A stretch of DNA of 64,000 nt, from positions 209,543 to 273,542 of the forward strand of contig CAZUBK010000002.1 in assembly GCA_964618725.1 (NCBI GenBank). The letters run 5' to 3'. Positions within the stretch are counted from its first letter, which is position 1. Every line of letters begins with the position of its first letter. Of this stretch, positions 19,496 through 28,798 are shown in pieces. The notes below the pieces were generated by a model. The model saw only the letters and a list, made by a program, of their open reading frames with translations. It searched no databases and was not told the DNA's origin. The position numbers and the translations under genes were made by a program. The stretch comes from an uncultured Pseudomonadales bacterium. GTDB taxonomy: Bacteria > Patescibacteriota > Microgenomatia > UBA1400 > Chazhemtobacteraceae.

Positions 19496-19918
19496 TTACT
19501 TATACGCGTGAGCGTTAACATGCAGATCGTGTAAGACATGGGAGAAGTGGTTGTCGGCAATTTCGTTGTGTTGGGAGTTAAGAAGGAGGATGAAGGTAAA
19601 GATACCATCTATCCCGCCAGGCTCAATAAGCCACTGTACAACATTGAGTGGATATTGCTCAGGCAAGAGTGGATTAACAGAGTTCCAGAAGTTACTGACT
19701 GCTTCTTGATTATCGGGAATGCCTGATTGAACTATACCCACTTCGTGATAGGCGGTACTATCGCCGAGAATGAAGGCGTTGGCGATATCATCGCCGAGGT
19801 TTAAGGCTTTGGAAATATAGAGCTTACCTATTTGGTCTTTGGTCTCTACTGAGACTATTTCTGCGAATTTTTTCTTCCATTCCTGGCGAAACACCTGAGC
19901 ACGGAGGTTGTCATCCAC
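19496..19918 (-). CDS. Hypothetical protein (accessory cassette)
   Basis: 140 aa, GTG start, TAAAAT 19955-19960, CGCTCTTT motif, AAGGA SD. Confidence 0.7.
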   Translation of the reverse strand: MDDNLRAQVFRQEWKKKFAEIVSVETKDQIGKLYISKALNLGDDIANAFILGDSTAYHEVGIVQSGIPDNQEAVSNFWNSVNPLLPEQYPLNVVQWLIEPGGIDGIFTFILLLNSQHNEIADNHFSHVLHDLHVNAHAYK

Positions 19919-19964
19919 TAAGGTTTTCCTTTGCTAAAAAAAGAGCGATTGCTTATTTTAGCAC

Positions 19965-19994
19965 GACTTTGGCCGGCGGGTGCCGGCCAAAGTC
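19965..19994. terminator. Hairpin (GGCCGGC family, copy 2)
   Basis: gactttggccggc-gggt-gccggccaaagtc. Confidence 0.7.
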
Positions 19995-20006
19995 TGAATT
20001 ATTTGA

Positions 20007-20468
20007 TTATAGCTCTTCGATGATTTTCTTTCTTTGAGTCTCAAGCTCAATAAAGCGAGCAGCAACTTGATGCATTCGATCATAATCTGAAAGGAGTTTT
20101 GCAAAAAGTGGAGCAAATTCAGGTCCTGTTTGCGTCAGACTGAGACCACTTAGGTAACTACCATCATAGTCAGAAGTCCAATGCGGATCCCAGCCACGTT
20201 TGGTCATTTTCTCTCGGACTGAATACTCCTCTGCCATGTCAATGAGTGAATCTTTTGAGGAGAGGACGAGGGTGGCGGTAAAGTTTTGGTCCACGTCAGG
20301 GGTAACGGACATTTTTATCCGGAGATGGTCATCGCCACGGCTGAGTTGCAGCAAAATTGTCTGTTTACTGTAATCACGATTAGTGAGCTGCCAGTCCGTA
20401 TCATTGAGAACTTTTTTGATATCTTCCAAGCGTTGAGGAATCAAATCGAGGGCGTCAGGCTGATTCAT
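20007..20468 (-). CDS. Hypothetical protein (accessory cassette)
   Basis: Start taken as ATG 20468 after AAGGA; TATAAT 20505-20510; GTTCTTTTAAA 20485-20495. Confidence 0.7.
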   Translation of the reverse strand: MNQPDALDLIPQRLEDIKKVLNDTDWQLTNRDYSKQTILLQLSRGDDHLRIKMSVTPDVDQNFTATLVLSSKDSLIDMAEEYSVREKMTKRGWDPHWTSDYDGSYLSGLSLTQTGPEFAPLFAKLLSDYDRMHQVAARFIELETQRKKIIEEL

Positions 20469-20566
20469 GAAGATTTCCTTTTTCTTTAAAAGAACGAGAC
20501 TTGTATTATACATAGACTGGCAAGCTTAGAGAGAAAAAAGAGTTAAATCAGAGTTATAATACAAGA

Positions 20567-22624
20567 GTGGAAAAAGCATACGACCACAAACAAGAAGAAA
20601 AGATTTATGAAGCCTGGGAGAGGTCGGGGGCATTTGTGGCTCCAACTCGGGATGAGGCAGAAAAGAAGGGATTGGCGCCGTTTACAATCATCATGCCACC
20701 ACCGAACGCGAGTGACCCGATGCATGTAGGGCATGCGATGTTTGTGAGCACTGAAGACATTATGATCCGATATCGCCGAATGAAGGGAGATGCGACGTTG
20801 TGGCTTCCCGGGACGGATCATGCGGGGATAGAGACGCAATTTGTGTTTGAGAAGAAGTTGGCCAAGGAGGGTAAAAGCAGATTTGATTTTGATCGGGAGA
20901 CGCTTTATAAAATGATTTGGGAACACGTTAAAGAAAATTCCGGGGTGGCAATAGGGCAGATGAAGAGGCTGGGGGCGAGTGCCGATTGGAGTAGGTTTAA
21001 GTTCACTTTGGATGATGATGTGGTGGACATGGTATTAGACACGTTTCTTAAACTTAATGAGGATGGCTTGATTTACCGTGGCGAGAGACTGGTCAACTAC
21101 TGCACCAAGTGTGGGACGGGGTATTCAGAACTTGAAGTGGAATATGAAGAGAGAAACTCCCCTCTTTATTACATGAAGTACGGGCCCTTTGTTTTGGCAA
21201 CGGTCAGGCCGGAAACGAAATTTGGTGACAGTGCGGTAGCAGTTAATCCTAAAGACAGGAGATACAAGAAGTGGGTTGGAAAAGAAATCGAAGTAGAAGG
21301 TTTGTTGGGTAAATTCAAAATTAAAGTAATCGCGGACGAACTAGTAGATCCTAAGTTTGGAACAGGAGTGGTTAAAGTAACCCCAGCCCATGATCCAAAT
21401 GACTTTGAGATGGGCCAACGTCACAACCTTCCGATGAAGCAGGTAATTGGTTTTGATGGGAAATTAACTAAAATTGCCGGCAAATATGCTGGAATGAAAG
21501 TGGAAGAAGCGAGAAAGGTAGTAGTGGAAGACCTGGAAGAGAGGGGGTTGATCGAGAAGATTGATGAGAAGTATGTCAATCGGGTGGCAACGTGCTATCG
21601 ATGTCATAGGACAATCGAGCCTTTACCAATGAAACAGTTCTTTGTCAGAGTGGAGTCGTTGGCTAAGAAGGCATTGGCGGCTTTAGATTCGAAGGAGACG
21701 ATTCTTTTGGGGGCGGGAAGAGAGAAGATACTTAGGCATTGGCTTAGGAATCTGAAGGACTGGAATATATCACGCCAAATTGTTTGGGGAATTAGGATAC
21801 CGGTGTGGTACAAGAATGGAAACAAAGATGAGTGGATAGCGAGCAAGACTTCTCCAGGAGAGGAATATGTACAGGAGACGGACACTTTTGATACTTGGTT
21901 TAGTTCGGGCCAGTGGCCAGTGGTGACACTGAAAACAAATAAACCAGGCGACTTTGAATACTATTACCCCACTTCGGTACTGGAGACGGCCTATGAAATT
22001 TTGCCATTTTGGGTGATGAGGATGATGATGCTGGGAATATACCTAACGGGTAAGTCACCTTTTAAGTATGTGTATCTTCACGGACTGATCCGGGATGAAC
22101 ACGGGCGGAAGATGAGTAAGAGTATAGGGAATGTGATTAACCCGCTTGAGTCAATCGGAAAGTATGGAGCAGATGCGTTGAGGATGGCCTTGGTGATGAA
22201 CAGTAGTCCGGGGGTGGATAAAAACGCAAGTGAGGCGCAGATCAGAGGGATGAGAAACTTTGCCAACAAGATCTGGAATGCGAGTCGATTTGTATTGATG
22301 ATGGAGGAAAAGAACAAGAAGGGAGAAAGAGATGGAGAGTTTAAGACACACATGAAGGAGACAGTGAAACTGGTGACTAAACAAATGGAAGAACTGAAAG
22401 TGGGGTTGGCAGCAGAGACGGTTTACAATGAGTTTTGGCATTGGTTCTGTGATGAATCTATTGAGGAAACTAAGGCGGGAAGCATATCGTATGAGGCATT
22501 GTATGGCGGCTTACTGACTTTTTTGAGACTATTACACCCATTTGTACCTTTTGTAACGGAGGCCGTATGGAAAGAGCTGGGAGAGAAAGGAATGTTGATA
22601 TCAAAAAATTGGCCAGACAGGTAG
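20567..22624 (+). CDS. valS: Valine--tRNA ligase (short form)
   Basis: PPPN..HVGH, PGTDHAGIETQ, ATVRPET, GTGVVKVTPAHD, DWNISRQ, DTWFSS, KMSKS. Confidence 0.98.
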   Translation: MEKAYDHKQEEKIYEAWERSGAFVAPTRDEAEKKGLAPFTIIMPPPNASDPMHVGHAMFVSTEDIMIRYRRMKGDATLWLPGTDHAGIETQFVFEKKLAKEGKSRFDFDRETLYKMIWEHVKENSGVAIGQMKRLGASADWSRFKFTLDDDVVDMVLDTFLKLNEDGLIYRGERLVNYCTKCGTGYSELEVEYEERNSPLYYMKYGPFVLATVRPETKFGDSAVAVNPKDRRYKKWVGKEIEVEGLLGKFKIKVIADELVDPKFGTGVVKVTPAHDPNDFEMGQRHNLPMKQVIGFDGKLTKIAGKYAGMKVEEARKVVVEDLEERGLIEKIDEKYVNRVATCYRCHRTIEPLPMKQFFVRVESLAKKALAALDSKETILLGAGREKILRHWLRNLKDWNISRQIVWGIRIPVWYKNGNKDEWIASKTSPGEEYVQETDTFDTWFSSGQWPVVTLKTNKPGDFEYYYPTSVLETAYEILPFWVMRMMMLGIYLTGKSPFKYVYLHGLIRDEHGRKMSKSIGNVINPLESIGKYGADALRMALVMNSSPGVDKNASEAQIRGMRNFANKIWNASRFVLMMEEKNKKGERDGEFKTHMKETVKLVTKQMEELKVGLAAETVYNEFWHWFCDESIEETKAGSISYEALYGGLLTFLRLLHPFVPFVTEAVWKELGEKGMLISKNWPDR

Positions 22625-22678
22625 TCTTCAAGAAATGGGCGGGTTGTATGCAGAGATTTGCTTTCGTATTATGACTAT

Positions 22679-23224
22679 GTGAGGACTGCCCAAGTACACC
22701 ATACAGTTAAGGAGAAAAAGAAAAAACAGAAGAGAGATGGATTCTTTCGCTCCCCCGCCTTTCAGGGAATGGTGGCAGTATTGCCGGTGGTGGTGGCCTT
22801 GATAATTTTAGGATTGCAATTCGAATCTGGAATGAGGGAAAGGGATGTTTTTCTTAGGCTGGGGGAGGGGGGAGACTCCCCTGCTTTGTGGTATGAAGCC
22901 GTGAAGAAAGCGGCTGAAGAAGGAGACGTTGCTTCTGGAAGGAAATTCTATACAAAAGCAGTTGGAGGTGACACCGAGTCCCCTGTTTTGGGTGCCAGCA
23001 GTGATTTGGAAGATCGATTGTGGCCAGAGAGGCGACTTGAACGTGAGTGGAGGAAAATAGAGGGATTAGTGAATGAAGGCAGGTCTGCGCAAGTTTTATT
23101 AAGGGGAGTTGAAATAAAGTGGTTGCTTGGAGAAAAGAATGAGGCAAGGGAACTGTGGGTGAGGGCGTGGGCAATTGATCCGAACGGAGAGGTACAGAAG
23201 ATTAAGGAAAGACTAGGGATATGA
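22679..23224 (+). CDS. Membrane-anchored TPR-like hypothetical protein
   Basis: TM then helical domain ending AWAIDPN; GTG start 6 nt after TATTAT. Confidence 0.65.
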   Translation: MRTAQVHHTVKEKKKKQKRDGFFRSPAFQGMVAVLPVVVALIILGLQFESGMRERDVFLRLGEGGDSPALWYEAVKKAAEEGDVASGRKFYTKAVGGDTESPVLGASSDLEDRLWPERRLEREWRKIEGLVNEGRSAQVLLRGVEIKWLLGEKNEARELWVRAWAIDPNGEVQKIKERLGI

Positions 23225-23890
23225 TTACTTAGCTTCTTCTGATTCCGTTTCGGGTTGTGCTTGTTCTGTCTTACCTTCTTCAGTGGAAGTTTCTCCTTCA
23301 GGTGCAGGGGTAGGCTCTTCCTCTATTTGAGGCTCTTGAGCTTGAACAATCTGTTCGTCTGGTTCCGCTTGGATCTTAATTTTGGAGGTATCGATTTTTA
23401 GATCTTCAACAGAAAGAGAGTCTCCGATTTCTTTAAGACTGGAGATATCGAGAGTTAGCTCGTGAGGAATTTCTGTCGGGAGAGCTTCGACATCAAGTTC
23501 ATTTATCATCTGGATGAGGACGGCACCTTTATCTTCAACCGCTGGGGCGGTACCAGTAAGGACGAGAGGAACAGTGGCGGTGACCTTTTGGGTGAGGTCA
23601 ACTTGATGGAAGTCGACGTGAATGGGAAGGTCGGTAATGGGATTGACTTGGAGTGCACTAACTAGGAGGGGGCGGACTTCTTTTTCAGAGTTGACAGTAG
23701 CATAGATGATGGAGGTCTCACCGGCTTTCTCATAAATCTTCTGAAAGTCTTTAAGGCTGATCTGAACCGGAATTGAGGAGATCTTTTTGCCAAAGATGTT
23801 GGCGGGGATAATGTGTTGTCGACGTAATTGTTTTACCTTACGTCCAGAGAGGGTCCGCTTATTAAGATCAAGAGTTAGTTTTTCTGTCAT
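23225..23890 (-). CDS. rplY: 50S ribosomal protein L25 (Ctc type)
   Basis: LRR..IPANIFG, IHVDF.QV, VPL...G.APAV, VEALP..IP. Confidence 0.96.
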   Translation of the reverse strand: MTEKLTLDLNKRTLSGRKVKQLRRQHIIPANIFGKKISSIPVQISLKDFQKIYEKAGETSIIYATVNSEKEVRPLLVSALQVNPITDLPIHVDFHQVDLTQKVTATVPLVLTGTAPAVEDKGAVLIQMINELDVEALPTEIPHELTLDISSLKEIGDSLSVEDLKIDTSKIKIQAEPDEQIVQAQEPQIEEEPTPAPEGETSTEEGKTEQAQPETESEEAK

Positions 23891-23957
23891 GGTGGAATTT
23901 TAACACGAGTGACGGGTTATGGGCAAATTTGTTAGTTTTTCGATGAATATGTTTAGG

Positions 23958-26735
23958 TCATTGACGGGTAAATTTGACGGAGAAGTTTGTGTCATTGGTG
24001 AACGGAGAGTTAAATATCAGTTGATTTTCTTGGGAGGAGGCGGGGGTGCTGAGGAGAACTGGTTTAAGAAAGGGTGGATAAGCGATCTTTAACAAAAATG
24101 AGGTCGATCCGAAACCTGGTTGCCTTTCCCAGTTAATGCTTAGGGAGGAGGTTGGGGTGAGAGTGGAGAGAATACTACTGCTTTCGAGACTGAGGGTGAG
24201 AGTGCTAGTGGTACTGGATTGGATTTCGTAATAGAAACCAATCTCGGTGAGATTGGGATTAGTGGCGAAAGAGGCTGTATCAAAGGTAAGGGGTTGATTG
24301 TCTTGTTCAAGACCGAGTACCCTTGTATTGAGAGGGAGATAAAAACGAGTGTAGGTTTTATATTTACCGCCTGGCCAGCCGTTATCTGGAGAGGTATTTT
24401 GATAAAGGAGGGTAATCTTGTGAGTAAGTTGGCCTGCGGGACCAATGTCTATTTGGTGGGTAACTTGGCGATTGAGATAGAAATTACTTCGGTTGATACC
24501 CAAGTTGGCTTCGACCAAGGCAAAGGTCTGGTTGGTACAGGCAATGTCAGAAAAGAGGGGTGGACAGGAGGGATATCTTAGAGAGCCGGACCAGTTTCGA
24601 GTTTCAAGAAGTTGTTGGAGCTTGTCGTCATTGAGGGAGAGAAGGAGAGAGCCGTGTTGCAAAGAGAGGTTAAGGGAGCGGGCAAGAGAAATCAAGGGAG
24701 GAGGGGTATCTTTGAGATTGGTTAAAAGGATCTTTAAAAGACTGGTCAAGAAATCTTGGCCGGTATTGTTGGGAGAGGTAAAATCAATTTGGCTTTTTTG
24801 ATTGATGATTTGATAGAGATTATCCTTGTTAATGATTTGACCTGTGGAATCGGTAACAGGACCGGTATTTCTTAGTAGTTCTTTTATGGCTTCGAGGTCA
24901 AGAGCAATAACACCATCAAAGGTTTGATTGAGTTCTTTTTGGAAAAACCACTGGACTTGTTTGGCGCTAACAGAGAAGTCGGGATACCAGTTGGCATCGC
25001 GGGCAAACCAGTTTGGATCTAAATGAGCTTTGAGGGGGGCGGGTGGTTCAACCTGACCCGAGAGTTGACTATCGGCGGTGTAGATATCTGAGACAGAAAA
25101 GTCAGCGAGTCGTCCTTTGTGGAAGTTAAGGATGGCGAAAGAGTTGATGAAACCACCGGTGGGGCGAAGTTCGGTATTATTCTGGAGGAGAAGGAGATAA
25201 GAAGAGCTCTCCTTGGCAATAGTAACCGGGATGAGATCGAGAACTGTTAAGCCGAACTGGATTCTCTTGCGAATATCAGGCAGCTTTTCCTTGGTAGACT
25301 TGAGTGTTTCTAAATAGGGGAGACGAGAGGTAAAGGAGAGATTTTGTAGACTGATTTCAACCAAGGAGAGGTCGGTGTACAGTTTCTCAAGGTTTGATTT
25401 AAGGCTTGGAAGAAGAGAGCTGAGATCAGCTTGATTTGAACCAAGAATATAGGAATAGACGTCTTGTGCTTGGGTGACGGTACTGACTGAAGTGAGAATA
25501 ATAGTACTGAGACGTTGACCAGTATCTAGAAGCCGAGCGTGTTTGTTAAGTTTCTCCTCCAGAGGGAGGAAAAAGTAAAGTTTCTGATTTAGTTCGAGGA
25601 GCTGTCTGCTTCGAGAGAACTCCCTGAAAGACGTATTGCTTAATCTGGCGGCAGTAGTGGTGTCTGAGCCCTCTAGAGCAACAAGAGCAGAGGACAGATG
25701 TTTGGCACCAAGATATGCTTGAGAAACAAGAAGAAGAGGGGGAGATAAAAGCAAAGAAAGGAGAAGGATGAATCCAAAAAAGAGGGGACCCTTTGAGCGG
25801 TTCCTGAAAATAATCTCTTTTAAATGCGTAGTCTTTTTTTGGGTGACGGTTTTGAAATCGGAGAAGGATTTAAGAACTGTTTCTGTTGGCTGTATTGGAG
25901 TAGTGGGGGGAGGAGTAGGTATCTCTTTAGGAGGTAGGGATAGATTGACAAAAAGAGAGGTAAGACTTTTTTCTAGATCACTGGTGGGGTTCCAGTCAAG
26001 TACGGCTTGAGTGTGAGCGATTGAGGAACGATTGGGAACAAATGAGGGAAGTGGCTTGATGACGAAATCGAGACTAGATTGTTTGTTTAAACGCTCTTGC
26101 GCTTGTTTCTTGGCAAGGGTGACAAAGTCGAGTTCGGTAATCTGATCTAGACTGGAGAGCCAATAGATGGGATGGGAGAATCCAGAGGAAAAGAGGATCC
26201 GAAGAAGGGGATCACTAATGTCAGAGACGTGGGTAGGAAAAAGCAAGTTTTGGCCTTGATTGGCGAGTTCTAGCTTGGTACCTTTAGAGATCGCTCGAAG
26301 AAATGCTTGGGCATTGAGGGAGGAGGAGAAACGAAGATCTCCGTAAATATCGGTGAGCAAGACGCGACGAATGTTGGCACTATTTGATTCGGGAAATACC
26401 TCAAACTTTTGATTGGGATAACTTTCAACGACCACTGATTTGCTACCGGTTTTCTCCAAATGGTCACGGAGATGATGGAGCTGTTCAGTGGTACCAAGAG
26501 AGGGGAAAAAGATACAAAGGTAGTCAGGATTATTGACCTGGTGCAAGAGATCTAGATTTTGAGTTTGATTAACTTCGGAGGGAAGAGGAAGGGAATAATT
26601 CTCAGAGGAGAGATTTGCCAAGTGAACAAATATACCTTGCTCAAGGAGGGTGTTGACAAAGGTGTAGCTGAGTAAAGGCGAGTAGCTGATTACTACAGCA
26701 ATTGGTTGATTGGCTTTTTTTTGTGTTTCAAACAT
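23958..26735 (-). CDS. DUF4012 domain protein with degenerate epimerase-like N-terminus
   Basis: YLLLLQNNTELRPTGGFI, RDANWYPDF, DGVIALD, EANLGINRSN; N-terminal DIYG...PTHVSD. Confidence 0.85.
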   Translation of the reverse strand: MFETQKKANQPIAVVISYSPLLSYTFVNTLLEQGIFVHLANLSSENYSLPLPSEVNQTQNLDLLHQVNNPDYLCIFFPSLGTTEQLHHLRDHLEKTGSKSVVVESYPNQKFEVFPESNSANIRRVLLTDIYGDLRFSSSLNAQAFLRAISKGTKLELANQGQNLLFPTHVSDISDPLLRILFSSGFSHPIYWLSSLDQITELDFVTLAKKQAQERLNKQSSLDFVIKPLPSFVPNRSSIAHTQAVLDWNPTSDLEKSLTSLFVNLSLPPKEIPTPPPTTPIQPTETVLKSFSDFKTVTQKKTTHLKEIIFRNRSKGPLFFGFILLLSLLLSPPLLLVSQAYLGAKHLSSALVALEGSDTTTAARLSNTSFREFSRSRQLLELNQKLYFFLPLEEKLNKHARLLDTGQRLSTIILTSVSTVTQAQDVYSYILGSNQADLSSLLPSLKSNLEKLYTDLSLVEISLQNLSFTSRLPYLETLKSTKEKLPDIRKRIQFGLTVLDLIPVTIAKESSSYLLLLQNNTELRPTGGFINSFAILNFHKGRLADFSVSDIYTADSQLSGQVEPPAPLKAHLDPNWFARDANWYPDFSVSAKQVQWFFQKELNQTFDGVIALDLEAIKELLRNTGPVTDSTGQIINKDNLYQIINQKSQIDFTSPNNTGQDFLTSLLKILLTNLKDTPPPLISLARSLNLSLQHGSLLLSLNDDKLQQLLETRNWSGSLRYPSCPPLFSDIACTNQTFALVEANLGINRSNFYLNRQVTHQIDIGPAGQLTHKITLLYQNTSPDNGWPGGKYKTYTRFYLPLNTRVLGLEQDNQPLTFDTASFATNPNLTEIGFYYEIQSSTTSTLTLSLESSSILSTLTPTSSLSINWERQPGFGSTSFLLKIAYPPFLKPVLLSTPASSQENQLIFNSPFTNDTNFSVKFTRQ

Positions 26736-26922
26736 AATTTGGGATTGTTTTTAGTTTAGCGATTTTCGGAGTTCTCAGAAACAGGTAGTAATGGCGAGAA
26801 AACAGATTAAGCGTTATTACATTTCCTTTTACTTTATTTTATGGCTATTTTTGTTTTTTGCCAGGCATATCTTCCGTACTTACACCGGTCACATGAAAAT
26901 CTGGGCACAAGGTTTACATGGT

Positions 26923-27034
26923 TTATCCACATAAAGTGATGCACTAGATGGTACAGACGTTGGGGAAAACTTTTTTGGAGAGAAAATATTTTGAGAGTTG
27001 TATCGGCCTACGTGAAATTGGGCTTTGTGGAGAA
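26923..27034. promoter_or_regulatory. DnaA boxes in intergenic region
   Basis: Perfect TTATCCACA 26923-26931; TGTGGAGAA 27026-27034; T-rich tract 26815-26860. Confidence 0.45.
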
Positions 27035-27059
27035 TACTTTAAGGTAAATTGGAGTCAGG

Positions 27060-27491
27060 TTATGTTTGTTGGTCAAGCTCCTGATTGACCAGTAGATCTG
27101 CATCAGAGTTTTGAGCCCGAGGAACATGAGTGAAAGTAACCTTAAAGGGAAGTTGTTCCAAAAGAGAAAATATCTTAAGAGAGAGGGGTCGAATATCAGG
27201 GTGTTTAATTTTGTAGAGGCCATTGAGTTGGTGAACAATTAGCTCGGAGTCGAGATAAGCGCGGAGTTCGGAAATGGGGGGAAAATTGGAAAGATTTTCA
27301 TTAAGATATTCAAGGGCGTGAATGAGGGCCTGGTATTCGGCTTGGTTGTTGGTGGTGATACCAAGAAAGTAAGAAAATGATTTCAGGACTTGACCGTGAT
27401 CATCATGAAAAATGATACCAGCAGCAGCTAGGCCCGGATTGCCACGGGAGCCGCCGTCAGTGTGAAGAATGAGGGGAGCTGGAATAGACAT
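27060..27491 (-). CDS. rnhA: Ribonuclease HI family protein
   Basis: TDGGSRGNPG, TNNQAEY, DSEL, HVPR.QN..AD. Confidence 0.95.
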   Translation of the reverse strand: MSIPAPLILHTDGGSRGNPGLAAAGIIFHDDHGQVLKSFSYFLGITTNNQAEYQALIHALEYLNENLSNFPPISELRAYLDSELIVHQLNGLYKIKHPDIRPLSLKIFSLLEQLPFKVTFTHVPRAQNSDADLLVNQELDQQT

Positions 27492-27508
27492 GAGGCAGAT
27501 TATACGTC

Positions 27509-28798
27509 TTAGTTGAAAAGAAGTCGAAAAATAGTTTTAGGGTGAAGATAGAAGAGGATGTTGGTAATACTTAGACGACCAGTGGACTTGAGTAGGAGCC
27601 TAGTATTTAGAATCAGAACGAAGACCTCGGTAACACCAGTAATAGCAGCGGAAGCGAGAATAGAGAAATGAGGAATGAGAAGAAGGTTGAGGGAGGCATT
27701 AAGGAACAGGGCGAGGATGGCAGTAATGGCGGCTTTGTGTTGCTTGTTGAGAGCGAGAAGGGGATAACCAATGGCGTGGTTTAGATAGCTTGGAATGATG
27801 CTGAGGGAAAGAAGTCGTAGGGTAAGAATAGAAGGGGAGAAAGTACTACCGGCGAGAAAGCTAATAATAAAAGGACTGAGGAAGAAGGCAGGTATGGCAA
27901 CAATGAAGGAAAGCAGCAGTAAAGCGGCAAGGTTTTTTTCTAAAGCGGCACGAAACTGAGCCGTTTGTTTAGCCCGGGCGGCGAGGATGGGAAAGGTGGC
28001 GTTGGCGAGGAAGCCAGCGCCGACAACAAGGCTTTCGTAGACTTTGTAGCTTAAGCCATAGTAGGCGACTGCCTCACTGCCTTGGAGGCGCTCGAGGATG
28101 AGGATATCTAGACGATTGTAGATGGAGAAGACAGTGAGAAGAGTACCCATAGGGAGACTCTGAAGAAGAATAGATTTGGCGATGCCTAATTCAAGATGAA
28201 GAGGGAGAGAAGTAAGACGAAGAGAGGAATAGAGACCAGCAAAAACGCTAATTAAGGTAGAGAGGACGAGGAGACCAAAGACATTGGTAGCGTCGAAGGA
28301 AGAAGGATGAAGGAGGAAGAGAAAGACAGGGAAGGTGAGGCTGCTGATGGTATCGACAAGGGAGAGACGCCAGAGTTGTAGTTTGGTTTGAAAGATAACC
28401 TGGAAGGAGGTCTTGAGAGACATAAGAGGGAGAAGAAGAGAGGCAACCAAAACTAAGGGACGAAGGGAAATGAGGGTAGGATAGAGGAAGGAGGTAGAGA
28501 CAAAGGCAAGGGTAATTAGAAATGAGACAGCGAGACGAAAAAGAATGGTGGTGGAGTAAATGTGAGATTGCCTTTGGGGCTCGGCGGCGGCGAGGCGAGT
28601 TGAGACAAAAGTCGAGCCCCAATCGGCGAGAGAGAAAAAAAGGAGGGTGAGAGAAAAGACGTAAACATAATGACCATAACCTTGCACCCCTAACCTGGAA
28701 GTAAGTAGAGAGGTAACAATGATAGAAGCCATAATACTAAGAGCTTTACCAAGATACTGGGCGAGGGTGTTTAAGGCGAGGAGACGGGTAAGAGTCAT
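27509..28798 (-). CDS. Wzx-type polysaccharide flippase
   Basis: About 12 TM segments, LGVQGYGHY, LADWG, IYNRLDILIL. Confidence 0.85.
   Translation of the reverse strand: MTLTRLLALNTLAQYLGKALSIMASIIVTSLLTSRLGVQGYGHYVYVFSLTLLFFSLADWGSTFVSTRLAAAEPQRQSHIYSTTILFRLAVSFLITLAFVSTSFLYPTLISLRPLVLVASLLLPLMSLKTSFQVIFQTKLQLWRLSLVDTISSLTFPVFLFLLHPSSFDATNVFGLLVLSTLISVFAGLYSSLRLTSLPLHLELGIAKSILLQSLPMGTLLTVFSIYNRLDILILERLQGSEAVAYYGLSYKVYESLVVGAGFLANATFPILAARAKQTAQFRAALEKNLAALLLLSFIVAIPAFFLSPFIISFLAGSTFSPSILTLRLLSLSIIPSYLNHAIGYPLLALNKQHKAAITAILALFLNASLNLLLIPHFSILASAAITGVTEVFVLILNTRLLLKSTGRLSITNILFYLHPKTIFRLLFN

Noticed and set aside
26791-26934. 47-aa hydrophobic ORF (MARKQIKRYYISFYFILWLFLFF...)
   Set aside because: Hydrophobicity follows from the T-rich tract; no clear start signal or homology
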